The notes beneath the pieces were generated by a model. The model had not been told where the DNA came from. It made no database searches and saw only the letters and a list, made by a program, of their open reading frames with translations. This document shows positions 1-13,387 of a DNA stretch of 64,000 nucleotides, one piece after another (the stretch's first letter is position 1; each line of letters begins with the position of its first letter). The DNA is from Balanoglossus misakiensis. Taxonomy: Eukaryota; Animalia; Hemichordata. The stretch lies in the NCBI GenBank assembly GCA_040954595.2, contig CM082589.2:3982213-4046212 (forward strand), read 5' to 3'. A program made the translations under genes and the position numbers.

Positions 1-830
1 AACTTAAACTGATGAATTGCATTATATGCTAAATTGACATGATTAACTGACTTATATCAAAGTTATGAATCGGCATTTTTTAAAATTAAAGTAATGAATT
101 TGGCTCAGATTACCTCATACATATTTCAACACATTCCCTGCCGTCAATTAATTAGTTTCACTCCCAACGGACACAACACGTGCAAAGAATCAACTAGTGT
201 GTTCTCTCTGTGAAACAAAACCCCATCCAGCTATAAGCGATAAAAAAATGGCTTCACTACCAAATTTGGTGCTAATCATTAGCATACAAAGTCCCATTGT
301 GACGCATGGCACGCGCGACAGGTGTGACCGAGTAGATTTTCTCGGCGCAAGGGAATGTCTTCAAGTAATTGGCTCCAATGCTAAGTCAAGGGTACAACGT
401 GTTAATGGCGGCAATGGGCCTTTTTGAGACGCCTGATCCTCAAGGTGACAATTCCCCTATACATATTCCAAGCTCTTTCCTCAATGTGTCCGCTGGGATG
501 GCAATGCCTTCAACAACCAGCGGATAAATATGGCGTTTTTGCTGTCATCATAAAAACCATCGTTGTCTATTAGGTCTGTCGATTAATCCAAACTGATTCA
601 TGAATATGACAATGCAATGCTAATTATGCGTCATTATGGGGTAACATAAATAAACAAAACTCACATTTACTTTTAGTCATTTCCCGTGAATTTCTATTAC
701 ATAATACTTCACTTTAGTTCTATAGAAAGTGATGCAAGTACGCTTGATGTCACACTAATATGGTTATAATAAGATGAGGACAGCTGCTGATAACAATGGC
801 AGTCCTGAATAACTCGCTGTCATTCAACAG

Positions 831-3800
831 GTTTCACGGTGTCTGAATGTCAAGACATTTGGCACAAAGGCCCGAAGACAGTGCAGGAGAACTGGTCCAT
901 CAAACTGTTCGACTTCATCACCATGGCGCTATACTGGATATGGATTTTGCTGCGATTCTTCGTGTGTCTCGAGGTAACGTTCAATTCAAACCCATACGAT
1001 TCCGCCCCATAAAGTGGCGCAATCTTAGGCTCCAATTGGTTTTAATAGAACACGCTGCGAAGTAATCGAAATGGATTATGTGCGGTAACATGTTCGCTGT
1101 AGACACAATTCAGGCGAAATGTTTACTGCATATATATTTTCATCAAATACCAATCTGATGTCAGTACCACACACCAAGAATCTGAATTCACCGGTACCAT
1201 AGAGCCGACGTCTTATCCTAGAGAGTGGGATTTACTTAAAGGAGCACAACATATGGCTCTAAAGTAATTTGATGTTGAATACTGTTCAATGAAAATGAAA
1301 GGTATGCCAATGGGTGGTGTTTTACTCTGTTGTCATTTATCAATTTGATATTTCCAGCACCGCCATTTTCCTCAAGCAGACGACAATACCACGGACGTCG
1401 AGGAACCGGTGGTTGACATGGTGAACTTGAACGCGACGCTGGTCGTGCAGCAAATAGTGACGGACGGTTTCGAGTCCATCGGCGAGAGACTGTCGACCCT
1501 GAAGGACCAGGTGATGGAAGTGTCGCTGGAGCAGAAATATCTGAGCGAAGTGATCGAAGACAGAATGTCCAACATGTCCTATTTGCTCCAAACGCTTCCG
1601 GGCGTGGGTCACAGGATTGTCAAGCGGGCGGCCAGAGCGGGGGCCAGGCGCCGCGTCTCCGGCGGGACGACAGAAGGAGGCACGGGCTCCTCCACGTTTC
1701 GCTCGGCCCGTTATGACTGGGACACGTTCGACCCGGCGCTGGTGGCCGAGAGTCTGTTCGCCGTGGCGAAGGTCCTCAGCTTCCTTCGCCTGATCAGGAC
1801 AACGGTGGTGAACGTGCAGGTGGGTCCCATGCAGATCTCGCTCGGTCGGATGGCCTATGACATCATCAGGTTCATGTGCATCTTCTGCCTGGTGTGGTTT
1901 GCGTTCTCCGTGGGTTTGAATCAGCTGTACTGGTTCTACGCCTATGAACTTTCCGAGGAATGCAAAAAGATCAACGTGGAAAATGAAATGCGAAATGATT
2001 GTGATATGGCATTTGGAAGGTAAGAAGTCGCTTTAAGGTGCAGGGTCAGTCTCTCTTTACCTTTTTGCACTCTTGGACCGATCTTTTGTGAAGATAGCGC
2101 CTCCATCGGCTAAAATACCATATAACACACGTACAGACTTAGTAATGTAGAAGCAGACCTGTGTTGTGTTAGGCAATTCGATAACCTGCAGTCTGGATCA
2201 GGCGCTGATATGACATGGTGCGGGGGGAGAGATCTCTTTATGTTGTCTACAATGGTTCAACAAATAATCCGTATTGAAAAAAATCAACAATGACATGCCT
2301 GTAACCCTATGTTCTAACACTTCACATATTGTAATTTTGTATATTTTCAGTATTGACAATGCCATGGTGACGTTGTTTTGGGCGCTATTTGGCATCGCTG
2401 ACATGTCAAAGTTACATATCATCGGCGCCAATCACTGGTTCACAGAGGGTGTAGGCAAAGTACTATTTGCAGCTTATCACGTGATTGGCATTGTTGTTCT
2501 TCTCAACATACTGATTGCCATGATGAGCAACACATTTACAAGAATAGAGGTGAGGGATGAAGAAGGACGATTTTGTTGGATTGGATTGGATTGGATTGTC
2601 TTGATTGATTGCCTTAATTGATTGATTGATAAAGCATTGCCCTCTTGATAACCCCTCCCTCTTTTCTTACGTGCAGGAAGATGCAGACATGCAATGGAAA
2701 TTTTCTCGCTCTCGTCTCTGGATGACCTTTTTTGACGAGCAGTCTACACAAACCCCGCCCTTTAACATTTTTCCAACGTTTGATTTGTGGCTGAAATGTT
2801 GTAACAAGTCGCGCAAGGTAAATCTGCTAAAATATTTCGATGTCACGACCCCTCGTGCCAAACTGCCACGTTCATAAGCTACAGGTCGGAAAATCAGAAC
2901 CACATAAGTTACTGTCATTCTTTAAAGTGAAAACGGGCCCGAAATGGACCAACTCATGATATTACTTTGGTCATTATTATAGTGATTTTCGATTTTCAGA
3001 AATTGCCAGTTATACTGCCAACATAAACTGGGATGTGATCTCTAATACATTAGTGTTTATTTCAGATTAAGAGGCCGCCATCTGTGAGAACACGTGAAAA
3101 GAATTATCAGGTGAGTATGTCGTCTCAAAGTCCCAGTGGTACATTTAACGGGAATATGCCCGAGTCATTACAACAAGACATGTTGCATGTTTATCTTATT
3201 GGTTGAGTTGGTGGGAGTGTAGCTTAAACCAACAGACAGGCAGGCAGACAGACATCCAGACAGACAGACAGACAGACAGACCGGTGGACAAACGTGTGAT
3301 TTGGTAGACAGACCAACATATGGGCATCTAAAAGCAATAATATCAGACGAAGCTTCTCTCAATTCTGCAGGTCGTCGTCCAACATCTGGTACGACGGTAC
3401 ATCTTCGATTTGAGACGAGGTGGCGACGATGACGATGGTCAGGACCCCATGAGGGTGTTCCGCCAAGAACTGTCCAGCTTCAAATACGAGATGTTTGAAG
3501 CCTTGTCTGACGTGGAGCTGAAAATCAAAGAACTCAAGCATCGTCTCGACAACGCAGAGCAACATCCTCCGCCGAAGATGAACCAACAACCGAAGCACGA
3601 CGAGCCGGGATCCGAAATGTTCCATGCGCTGAAGAGCCAATTGTCGCCGCCTCAGGCCGACGCTGAAAGGACTCCCCCGTCCCCGTCAGACTCCTCCGTG
3701 TTCGAAAGTGACGATCTCTTTATGACTGACTCGGTCGATGCGCCGAGGACAGCCAAACAGCAGAAGGTGTCCTTCGAGGACGAGCTGGAACCTTCCATGT

Positions 3801-4309
3801 CGTACCTCAGTATGGGGGACATGAATCTGAGCGACATCGAAACGCCGCTGTTCACTACCTCCGGCTCGGAGAGCATTTTGGAGGACCTCTTCGAGCCCGT
3901 GACGAGGGACTACCCCGAGGTGTTCAACCACAACCTGCCGCAGTCTCTGCGTGTGCCCATGGATAAGTATTCATCGCGGAGGAAAACAATCCCCGGCAAG
4001 CGGCGCCGCCACCGCCCGAGGTCGAGCGAGCGGAGGACGCTCCACCGCAGCAACGACAGCCTGGACGATTTCCTGTCGGCGGGTCCCACCATCGACCCCG
4101 TCATCCTCGGCTACTCCCCGCAGCCGGAGAGAAAGGCGCTGACGGCGATGGTGTCGAATATGACGGGGATCGCGCTGATGCCGCTCTCCGAGAGGTGGGG
4201 ACCGATGAAGTACATGGACGAAGCCGGAAACCGCACAGGGCGCAAGAACTCGACTAACGAGAGGGGGAGCCGACCAAACGACATGGACGAATGCGCTACC
4301 ATGGTGTAA
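831..4309 (+). CDS. TRPC-family (short transient receptor potential) cation channel, 3' part; the 5' exons lie upstream of the window
   Basis: GT-AG exons with consistent phase: 831-973, 1358-2019, 2351-2549, 2677-2817, 3066-3110, 3371-4309. The translation shows S2-S3 (GFTVSECQDIWHKGP...LFDFITMALY), RYDWDTFDP-S4 (AESLFAVAKVLSFLRL), GPMQISLGRM, the pore LFW motif (TLFWALFG), S6 (IVVLLNILIAMMSNTF), a TRP-box variant (DMQWKFSRSRLW), PPFNIFP, the rib helix (YQVVVQHLVRRY) and RQELSSFKYEM. All are TRPC hallmarks. Confidence 0.95.
3232..3281. repeat. (ACAG)n imperfect microsatellite in a TRPC intron
   Basis: Visible run cagacaggcaggcagacagacatccagacagacagacagacagacagac. Confidence 0.85.
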
Positions 4310-5100
4310 AATCCACTTCAATATTTTTCACGGGATATGCACGACGCAACTGCAGCATGCAAGTCGAATTAGCTGCTTGGATACGGAATTAACGCAATGA
4401 CCAAGAAAATCCGCGTGCATTATATCCGTTACCGGTTTCCCCTATATATCCCCTTTCTATTACTGCAGTTTTGCAGTTAGTTACTTAATATTTCAACAGT
4501 GACCGACTACTTTGACCTGAGAACAGATACATTGGTAGAATAGTATATGTAATCGTTACAACGAATTAATGAACAGCTCCAAATACGCTTAAAGCTTTTC
4601 AAAATATTTGCTCGTAATATGACGGAATGGAAGAACAGAGAACCATTGCGCGCGCATCACTCAACTATTTGCATACTGAACTCTTGGCATAAATTTTATA
4701 CATGTATATCCAGCAATACTTCACAAATTTGATGAACCCAACAGATAGTGGCACGTACTAAAACACACCCGTTGAGATAGGCTCCCTAAAAATTGCATTA
4801 ATTCCACGTTTCATCATTCTACCATTTCAGTTTCACTTTTGCTGTTTCATGTACTCATGTCACTCTTGTTCTCCTAAATGAGCCCGAAGGCCAGTAATTT
4901 TCTGTGTAAAATTATAACGACAAAATTAGTACAACTTAATGTAAATTAACGCTATTTAGTAGATAATTCACAATTTTATGATACTTGTGGTGTAATCTTG
5001 TCACTTTGTGTATTATTTTATACTTATTTTATAGTATACAAAATAAACATACATTGAACACACCTGAATAATGTAGAACGTTGTACTTGACTGGTAGCAT

Positions 5101-5220
5101 ATGGGAACTTTTGATATGCGACGCCAATCAATGGGCGGGGCTCTAATGCAAATACATGTACATGTATCATAATCTCGTTATACAAAAATATCGTTCAAAT
5201 AGCACGGGGTTTCGGTTCCA
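5101..5220 (+). promoter_or_regulatory. Candidate proximal promoter of the single-CABIT gene
   Basis: CCAAT (5124-5128), GC box GGGCGGGG (5133-5140), octamer ATGCAAAT (5146-5153) and GGAACCGAAA on the minus strand (5210-5219), about 150-250 bp before the putative first coding exon. Motif matches only. Confidence 0.45.
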
Positions 5221-5362
5221 TGCATAATTCATAAATATTTCCTTTGTTTCGTGGGAGTTCTGGTTCGCACTGTTCAATAAATCACGGATATTTGCGAAGT
5301 CTTAGAGGCAGAAGATCCCTAAGTATATACATATACACCTACTGGAGACAGTGCCACCATCG

Positions 5363-6856
5363 ATGACTTATTATATGGAAGTCAATCGTATGAACTTCCG
5401 TGTAAGTTAGACTGCCCCCAAGTCGAATTGCACGGGACGGTATTATGAGGCATGTTTACACACATGGCAATGTATTACAATATTGCTACGGATACGACCT
5501 ATTGAACGTACACCATGGCTGTTGGTGTTGTGCGCCTCTGCATAAGGGTAAAGGTTACTTTTGTCATAGAGAGCTGTAACCTATCCAGGATACACCTATT
5601 GATAGCACACATACTCGATAAACAAGACAGGTCGATACTATCGGCGGAATGAAATGTATTATCATACCGTACAATAGTCATTCCAACAACGTACACGCAA
5701 GATGCAAATTCAAGACTTCGGTCGCACCCAGCAGCTTCATGAGTTAGACCTAAGGCCGTCGAGTCTGCCCGTTCTGGTCATGGTCGCTGACAGACGAGGC
5801 GACATCGAGCAAAACATCAAGAATGGCGACCAGTTGATTGTTCGACGAATACAACAGCTTTCCGGGTTCATCGTTCGCTTGGAAGGTACGCATAGATATC
5901 TGTTCATACCCGCTTCCTATGACGGCCTATTCCAAAACGTGCCAGCGTGCTACCCTCTCGCCGACGACCTGAGGCAGGCCATGCCTAAGGGTCTCCTAAG
6001 GGTGACGCGAATGTGGCAGTCGCCTTACAAGTGCATGGACTCCGTATACCTGAACGACATTCTTCGCATCCAGGGAGTCGAATACACCCGTGTCGCCGAG
6101 CTGGGAGACGAAGAGATCGAGGTGCTCGTCTGCGAGTGCTGCGGCCCCGCAGCCAGCGCAGCGGGGATCACGGTGAGGCTGCCGATGGAGGCCGAGGGAT
6201 TCTTCGAGGAATACGAGGGCCCCACCGGACCGTCGTACAAGATCAACAAGGTGAGCGACTTCCCAACTCGCGTGGAGGTGTTGGCGAGCGGTTCGGCGTT
6301 CTTCGCCTGTGAACGTGAACAGTTCTTGAAGCCGGGCACGAGAATGAATATTGACTTACAAACGGCGGTCTCCGCGATTTACGTCACGAATCTGAGGAAT
6401 AAGGAGAGCTTTGAACTTCTCCAGTACGTACACCCGCTGAAGATAAGACCGTTACTGGAAGACAGACAACCCGAGTATCCACCGCTGGCTGACATTCCCC
6501 CTGTTAAACAAGTGCATGTGCTCGGAGAAGCACAGGCGGAGTCCATTACGAGTACTAGTCATCCGTACGCTGACTTGGACCCAGGCGGACTGGAAGACCT
6601 CTCGCTCGACGAGGCCGTGCCCGTGGCGCCGGAGCTTCCACCGAGAAAACTGCAAGCGACGGTGAAGCCGATGGTGCGGCAGCCTGAGAAAGTTGAAGAA
6701 CCCGACGTGGACACTCAGAAAAGTGGCAGAGTTAGCCTACGGAAACCGAAAGCAGTTTTCCCGTTCTTGAAGGGCAGGGGCAAAACGCCAAAGGACAGCC
6801 GGCCAACGCCAGCCCCGAGAACTAAGGTGGCACACAAACACGGTGACACCATATAA
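5363..6856 (+). CDS. CABIT-domain protein (THEMIS/GAREM family) with one CABIT and a proline-rich basic tail
   Basis: Main ORF 5702-6856 carries CABIT signatures: LPVLVMV, YLFIPASYDGLF...YPLADDL, LRVTR, and the core VLVCECC...VRLPMEAEGFFEE (phi-x-C-x(n)-LP-x4-GxF). The tail has PELPPRK and PTPAPR SH3-type motifs. A probable short first coding exon 5363-5401 (ATG...CGT|GTAAGT) splices in phase 0 to the acceptor TAG|5678; this 5' end is tentative. Confidence 0.85.
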
Positions 6857-7410
6857 GCCACAACAAGTTGGCGAAGTGTGTTATTGCCTAACAGCATATG
6901 CCATAATTTGCGTTGTCGTATTTTTGTTTCACAAATCTTGCTGCAATCCTCCTCTTCATTTTTTCTGTCTTCGATAAAATGATCTAACAGGGGATGTAGA
7001 GGCTTTAAAATGATAGTTTCTCTTTAAAACGGCTGACAAACGGTTTTGTTGATAGTGCGCTTCTACACCGTATAATAGTCTCCGTGTACGAAAATCCGTG
7101 TATGAGCCATAATGATACTAGTAAACATTTCCGACACAGGACAAAATTAACGTTATCTAAAAAAACATATTTCATAGATGGATGACTTTATTTATTCAAC
7201 ACCCTTCCTGGTACTGCGAATCTACATATACAATTAAACTGAATGCGAGACCAAAGACCACAGGATGCCGCTTAGACTTTGTCCCGAACATTTATCATTA
7301 AGATAAGGATGTACGTTCAGTAAAATTGAAAATATTGTCATTTGTTTTAATTGTGGATTTTTGTATTCTCATTTGTATGTAAAATGAAAATCCGTAATAA
7401 AATATACCTT

Positions 7411-7533
7411 TATGACCCCTACATGACCCTACATCATTGTACTTCCGTTGGTATGGGGGTTGTCAAATTTCAACACTTTCGGACAAGAAACGTGTTAAAT
7501 GTTCCTTGAAAAAGAGTCACTTTTGAAATTCAG
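7411..7533 (-). mobile_element. Partial copy of MITE family A
   Basis: atgacccctacatgaccctacatcattgtacttccgttggtatggggg-ttgtcaaa...ttttgaaattcag is a diverged reverse complement of the right half of the element at 15677-15900. Confidence 0.75.
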
Positions 7534-10500
7534 TATATAATGTGTGATAGAGCGAAGAAGATTCTCAATCACAAGGACACAGCACTTGAATGTCATCTTA
7601 CACACATTCGAAGTTGATGCCTGGATTTGCCTTTACACCGACAAATTCGAGTATAAAGAAGGGCTGTTGAATCTAATGGCCACACCCGGAAATACTACCG
7701 TTTGTGTAGATCGTTCACACATGTAAAAAATAAGTTTTCTGTAAGTTTTCTCTTGTTTGGCTATTAGCTTCAGAATAAACAAACGCTGTTGGATCAAGTG
7801 ACCACACCCGGAAATGACATTGTTGGTGTACGTGTACGCCACCGTCTGAATATGTTTTGCACCATGTCACTTTACGACCTCGGTCGTATATATTATATCG
7901 AAACGTGCTCTTGTCAGTGTGACATCAATATCTACAAAACTAACTTGCAGTAGGGACATAAAGTTTTGTATGTCATAATAAAAAAAATAAGGTCTGCTTT
8001 ATGTTCTGGCCTTTGACTTGATCATTTCTCATATCGAATGTACTTCGTCAGATGTTCTCTTTTCTTTTTAGATGTTCATGTATTCTTCGGGCAAACGTCA
8101 GTGATATGAAACAGTTGCCTACAAGTAATTGTTCAGCCAGTTACGACATATGACCTTTGTTTGAAAAGGCTCTTAAACAGCAGCATCGAGGGTGTTTGTA
8201 CAAAAATGTATATGGGGCACGGCCCTCTTACAGCTATCACGCGACTGTTAGGGGCGTACATGAGTTTTGTTTTGCAATGCGGTGTGAAATCTGACATTTT
8301 TTTACTGTTTCACTCATATCTTTATGCACACGTCAACTCGGCCAACAGAATGTATTTTTTTGTCGTGAACTTTCGTACAATCACGTGACTCGGCTCCGAC
8401 GAACTACTAGCAAGAATATTTCAAAACCAGAAAATGATCCCTTTATGTGGTCACCTGTGATAACTTTCATATACAAAGGTTTCGTGGTCATTGAAGTGCT
8501 GAAACCAAGTTATAATTTATCACAGTGTTGTAATTGCTCACTTGAGCATTTATTGTGAAGCACTTCCGCCTCCGAAATAAAGCTGATGGCACCATATAAA
8601 TGTTTCTGGAGAAACTGAACGATGTTTAGATCTGCCATAGTCACCGCCCAGTATGTGCGGTGAAACAGGTCAAAGCCCCTTTAGGACAAGTAAGTTTACT
8701 ACTTTACATTCCATGCACACATAGACAAGCTATAACTAAGAAAGATGGTTTGCCGGTCCTGGCCTTGTGCAAAACGACTGTCCATTGTTTAACAAGCGAA
8801 CAGTCTCGGACATTTGGAATTCATAAGAGCTGACGTCAACTGGTTCAGCCGCTAAAACTGGCACCAACTCCAGCCTGTAAATACTTCACTGCATTTTGCA
8901 AGGTGTACCAAGGTACTCTCCAATGAGCGAAAGCACTTCACCTCTCGTGCGTAGCACATTTACATACTGTACACAAGAACAAACAAGCAGCAAGGGGTGA
9001 GAGGTCATATCGCGTTCAGGGCAAGGGAAACTGGTGCTCAACCACTGGACAACGTCAACGTCGAATCGGCGGTGTCCGATGCAGCAGACTCCCGGACAAC
9101 TTCAAAAGAACCGTGCGACCTGCGAACGGTAAGTGAGAACCGTCTCTGTCGTTGAGTCACAGACGTTAAGCGACGGGGTCTCCACACTATACAAGCACTT
9201 TCTTAGGACCTGCGGCCATGTTGAGTTCGTTTTTTCTAGAACATTTTAAATTCGGTCAAAAACCGCCGTGACAAATCTGACGTCTGACAGAAGAGAATCG
9301 CACTTAACTGCGATGATAACCTTTGTAACTTTCACTCTGGGAAGAGAAGATATCACCAATCGATAAGTTCAAAGTTTCTCCGACTTTCCTAGATTTGAAT
9401 ATGTATGATTTTGTTTTCTTCCTGTGTGTCTATAGATGGCTGTGGCTCTATTATGAGTTACAGATAAAATTTTATCACCGGCCTAAGTTCGGTGGTCTTT
9501 CACGAGGCCTTGTCAAAACTGACTTTTAGACAATTATTCACAAATACTTATCAACTCTAGTGTCAAAAGTTCCATTTGCACTCTCAGTGTCACGTGGTTT
9601 ACCTTCTCGGTAATGATATGCAGGCTTGTCAGCTGACGATCCCACAGTGGCACCATATAAATGTTTCTGAAGAAACTGATCTGCCATAGTCACGGCCCAG
9701 TATGTAACTCTCTGAAAACGCAAACTCAGTCTGTTTCCACCCGGTTGTCATGCATGGCATTCACGCTATATAGTACACGTACCGTTTGCCAACAACAGTG
9801 ACACATGTCACACGGTGAAAAGATTGATTGTTTTCTAATGAACGGTTCACCCGAGGCGTCAACTTTCAAATTTCCATTTCACGGTAGAACATGCAAGTTT
9901 GCGAATGTGTTCAAGCTAGGGATAAATATTACTCCTCAAATTTCTGGCATAATAACATAAGTGATGACGTGAATACTTCACTGACGGTTGAAATTCCACA
10001 AATTAAATATATATGTATATGTAATTATTTATTGGTTTGTTTATTTATTTATCTGAATATTTATTTATCTCAATATATATTATTTTCCGTTTGTTTTCCT
10101 GTTTGTTCTTTGTTGATTTATTTTTATTTATTTCCTTAGCTAAGGGGACATGATCAATATACATGTATGATATATGACCAGCACACTGCCTTAATTCTAT
10201 GCCTATGTACTTCGACGACGAAAGACATGCCTACAGCCGTTTGATTTGTTCAGATGTAACTGCACTTGAAGTTCTTAGCTTTGCTTCGAACACCTGAACT
10301 GTGGCACTGCAAGGCTTTGCTCGAGAATACCCCACCGAGTATTATGGACACTGCTAAAACACAGACTGTCTTTGTAAAAAACACACCTACCCCAGTTCGA
10401 TTTGACATAACAATAACAGTTGATTTACAAGTGAAGTATAACACTCTCTATGTACTCCAGAAATGGCATACTTGAGTATCTATGGACATAAGCACGTTAT

Positions 10501-10673
10501 ACCAACTGCATTGGTTTACTACGTGATAAAAAAACTCTCGTTGATACAGCTGTACCTTCTAGGGAGAGTTCAAAGAGTTGTTGTACAGGAGGGTATAAAT
10601 GTGCTTCTTCAGGTGTTCGGCAGGGGTCGTTGTTTGGCCTTAACTGTCATGATCATGTGACCCTACATTCTTA

Positions 10674-10700
10674 TACATGTACATGTACATGTACATGTAC
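10674..10700. repeat. (TACATG)n short tandem repeat
   Basis: tacatgtacatgtacatgtacatgtac; the TACATGTA motif recurs throughout the window. Confidence 0.8.
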
Positions 10701-13387
10701 TTCCGTTTATTATTTAATTTGTTCACATTTAAACGTACATCACTGGTTAATTGCGAAAGCTTTGTTATCCTCACTATTTTTGCCGTTTGTAAAACCAGAC
10801 CTTCGCGTCTACACATAGAGAATATCGGCTTCAATGTGCCAACAACGCATATCGGTTACCCTTTGTATTTCGACCAGAAAAAATGAGGTCGGTAACCTGG
10901 TTATCGCTTACTTCACTCATCAAAAATGGGACATGACTCGTCTCAGGCTAACAGTGCAAAACTGATTTTGCGAATTCTTTCCTCGTCACATCTGCCTCCG
11001 CCTCGCCCCGTTTAACAGTGGCCAGGCCCCAGTGAGCTCGAATCCGAAGTGACAGTATACCAGTAGGTTGTTTATGATTGCTGGCTTTCGGTCACCTTGG
11101 TCATCCCTGATTTGACTACCAAAGCCCAATGCACATTCGCCAGATCGGGCCAAAGTTCGAGGCGGTTAACAAAGAAGTATACATGTGTTTGTCTTGTGAC
11201 GAAGTGAACTGTTGGTGACGTTATGGGGGATTCCCCGTTTACCTGTAGTCACAGTCGCACTGAGGGCGTCCTCTACCTCGGCGGCCAAAACGGGAGTCCG
11301 GACACGGCCAATGCATTTACGCCGGCCACAAAGTTTGCAATATGAGACAAAATAACGCCAGACATTTAAGGCATAGATGTGTAGGTTGCTTTCATAAAAA
11401 ATACGACCATGTAGGACGTCGACTATATACTCGTTTACGATACGTCCAATACGTAGCGCACAGCGCCCGAATCCGTAGGTAAACATAAAAAGAGTTTCCT
11501 CGCATGAATATTTGTGGGAGAAAGAACGTGCCAGAAGGCGATCAGAAGGGCTACTTGTAAACGCAACAGGCCAGGAGTAATTACCTAATATGGTAGCACA
11601 CTTATAACGTTTGAATATATCGAAGGCCCCGGTCCTCATTTACACCTCAGCCATTTATCGATCGACGCTGTCAGAACAAACGCCCCACTCATCACCTGCT
11701 GCCTGAGACACACCGGTGTTGCCACGCACCGAAATACGCGCAATTGTGGGGATAAGACACAGCTGGCCAGAAGTGATCCTTGCATTGTATCAGCTTGCTA
11801 TTCATGCCATATAGTTCTTTTTTCAAGTACAGTTGCCTTGACACGTCACGTGACAGGCTGACAGGTGCTTAGAAACAACCCAAGAGGAATTCCTAAATAT
11901 TCTAGGACGTTTTTAATCTTCACACATACTATTACATATTGGGTGCGTCATAATGTTCACGTAAAGATCACATTTGCTGCCTTTGGTATGAATTAATCTC
12001 ACGTTAAGTGTTATTTTAGGTTGTAAATGCCTTTTAATCTGAAGTTTATCCCACTTTCTGGACTTTACCAGGAAACGCGTGGGTGGGAACGATATCATTT
12101 GGAAACATACTGTCTCTATTTACACATGGTTCTCAGAGTATAGGCTGCGCCATTATACGTTTGTCAAAAAATATCGACGTTCTACAGTACATGATTTGCC
12201 ACTTTAGTGGGCATCTTTCGATCGATTTCTGTGCATGTGGTCATGTAACTATAAACGTCTAGATAAATTTGTAAATTTGCTGACTGTTAGTGTTCTTTCT
12301 TCTCGAAACAAGCATTTTGTTATTCCACAATTCGAAATCTCATGTGCCTTCGTAAATGAAATGGAATGGAAATAAATCACCAAAATAACGTCAAAGTGCG
12401 GTGATTTAGATTCTCGACTGCCACAGCTTTCGTATTTGACATTTTGGGACGGCAAAATGAAGTGTTGGATAATTGGCTTGATGTGTAGTAAATGACAGTT
12501 GATTCTAACAACATTGGAATGGCCGGGGCTAATGAGCATATCTACCGAAACATTCTGCGGTCTGGTCCGGTCATAAATGTGTATGACGTCATAGGACACG
12601 CGTATATTTTGTTGTGGTTTCAGTGTAACTTTCGTCAGATTTTTTTCGAAAGAGAGAAATATAGGACCGACGCATTTTCATAGTCTGTCATCAAATTTCA
12701 ACCGATGCACGATTTTTTTCTTATTGGAGATCTTATTACGCTCAATTTTCGTCTATAAAGAACGATAGTTTGTGCAGTTTGCTGCAGCATATCTTGCGAC
12801 GCAAACGTACTGTACTCATATCATATCTACACTACTGTACACCAACTGGACAAATTCCGTTTACATAAAGAATTAACTTTGGGACAAATTCCGTTTACTT
12901 AATGAATTAACCTAAATTTAATACCAAGGTCACCCAAGGGCAGAAATTTCATATGAGCGTCCATTATCATAATATAATTCTAGAACAACAATCAGCCTGT
13001 GAACATCTCACAACGGGTAGCTAATCTCGTCTCACTTGAAAAAAATGCATTGCTTGTTCAGCCTCTAACCAAAACTTTAAATCGGTATTGCACTATTTGC
13101 ATAGATGCTTGAACGACAAACGTTTGCTTTACACACGTAACAGTTATCGATATAAAACCCAGATAAAACGCGCAGGACAAAGTCGGAGAGAGAACTTGAC
13201 GAGGGACATATTGGGGCATCGACTCGTGACTTTACATGTGTACAGCGTGGTATTCTCTGATATTACAATAGCCAGTGTCTCTGGCAGGGTTTGGTGAAGC
13301 TGTGTGGGCCACATATGCCTACAAAGACACCTGGTTTTCAAGTGACGTGAAGATACGTATGACCAATACCCGGTGATCAATCTCAAG

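Noticed and set aside
5341-5429. Alternative 5' frame for the short CABIT gene with a Kozak-like GCCACCATCG (near-cognate start)
   Set aside because: It has no ATG and an in-frame TAA at 5320. The ATG at 5363 with the consensus GTAAGT donor at 5402 is a simpler model.
11166-11639. 157-aa minus-strand ORF
   Set aside because: No recognisable domain, no coding-like composition and no supporting splice structure.
12848-12912. ~33-bp tandem duplication ggacaaattccgtttac...gaattaac (similar small duplications near 27780, 46380 and 49793)
   Set aside because: Ordinary two-copy slippage duplications with no further structure.
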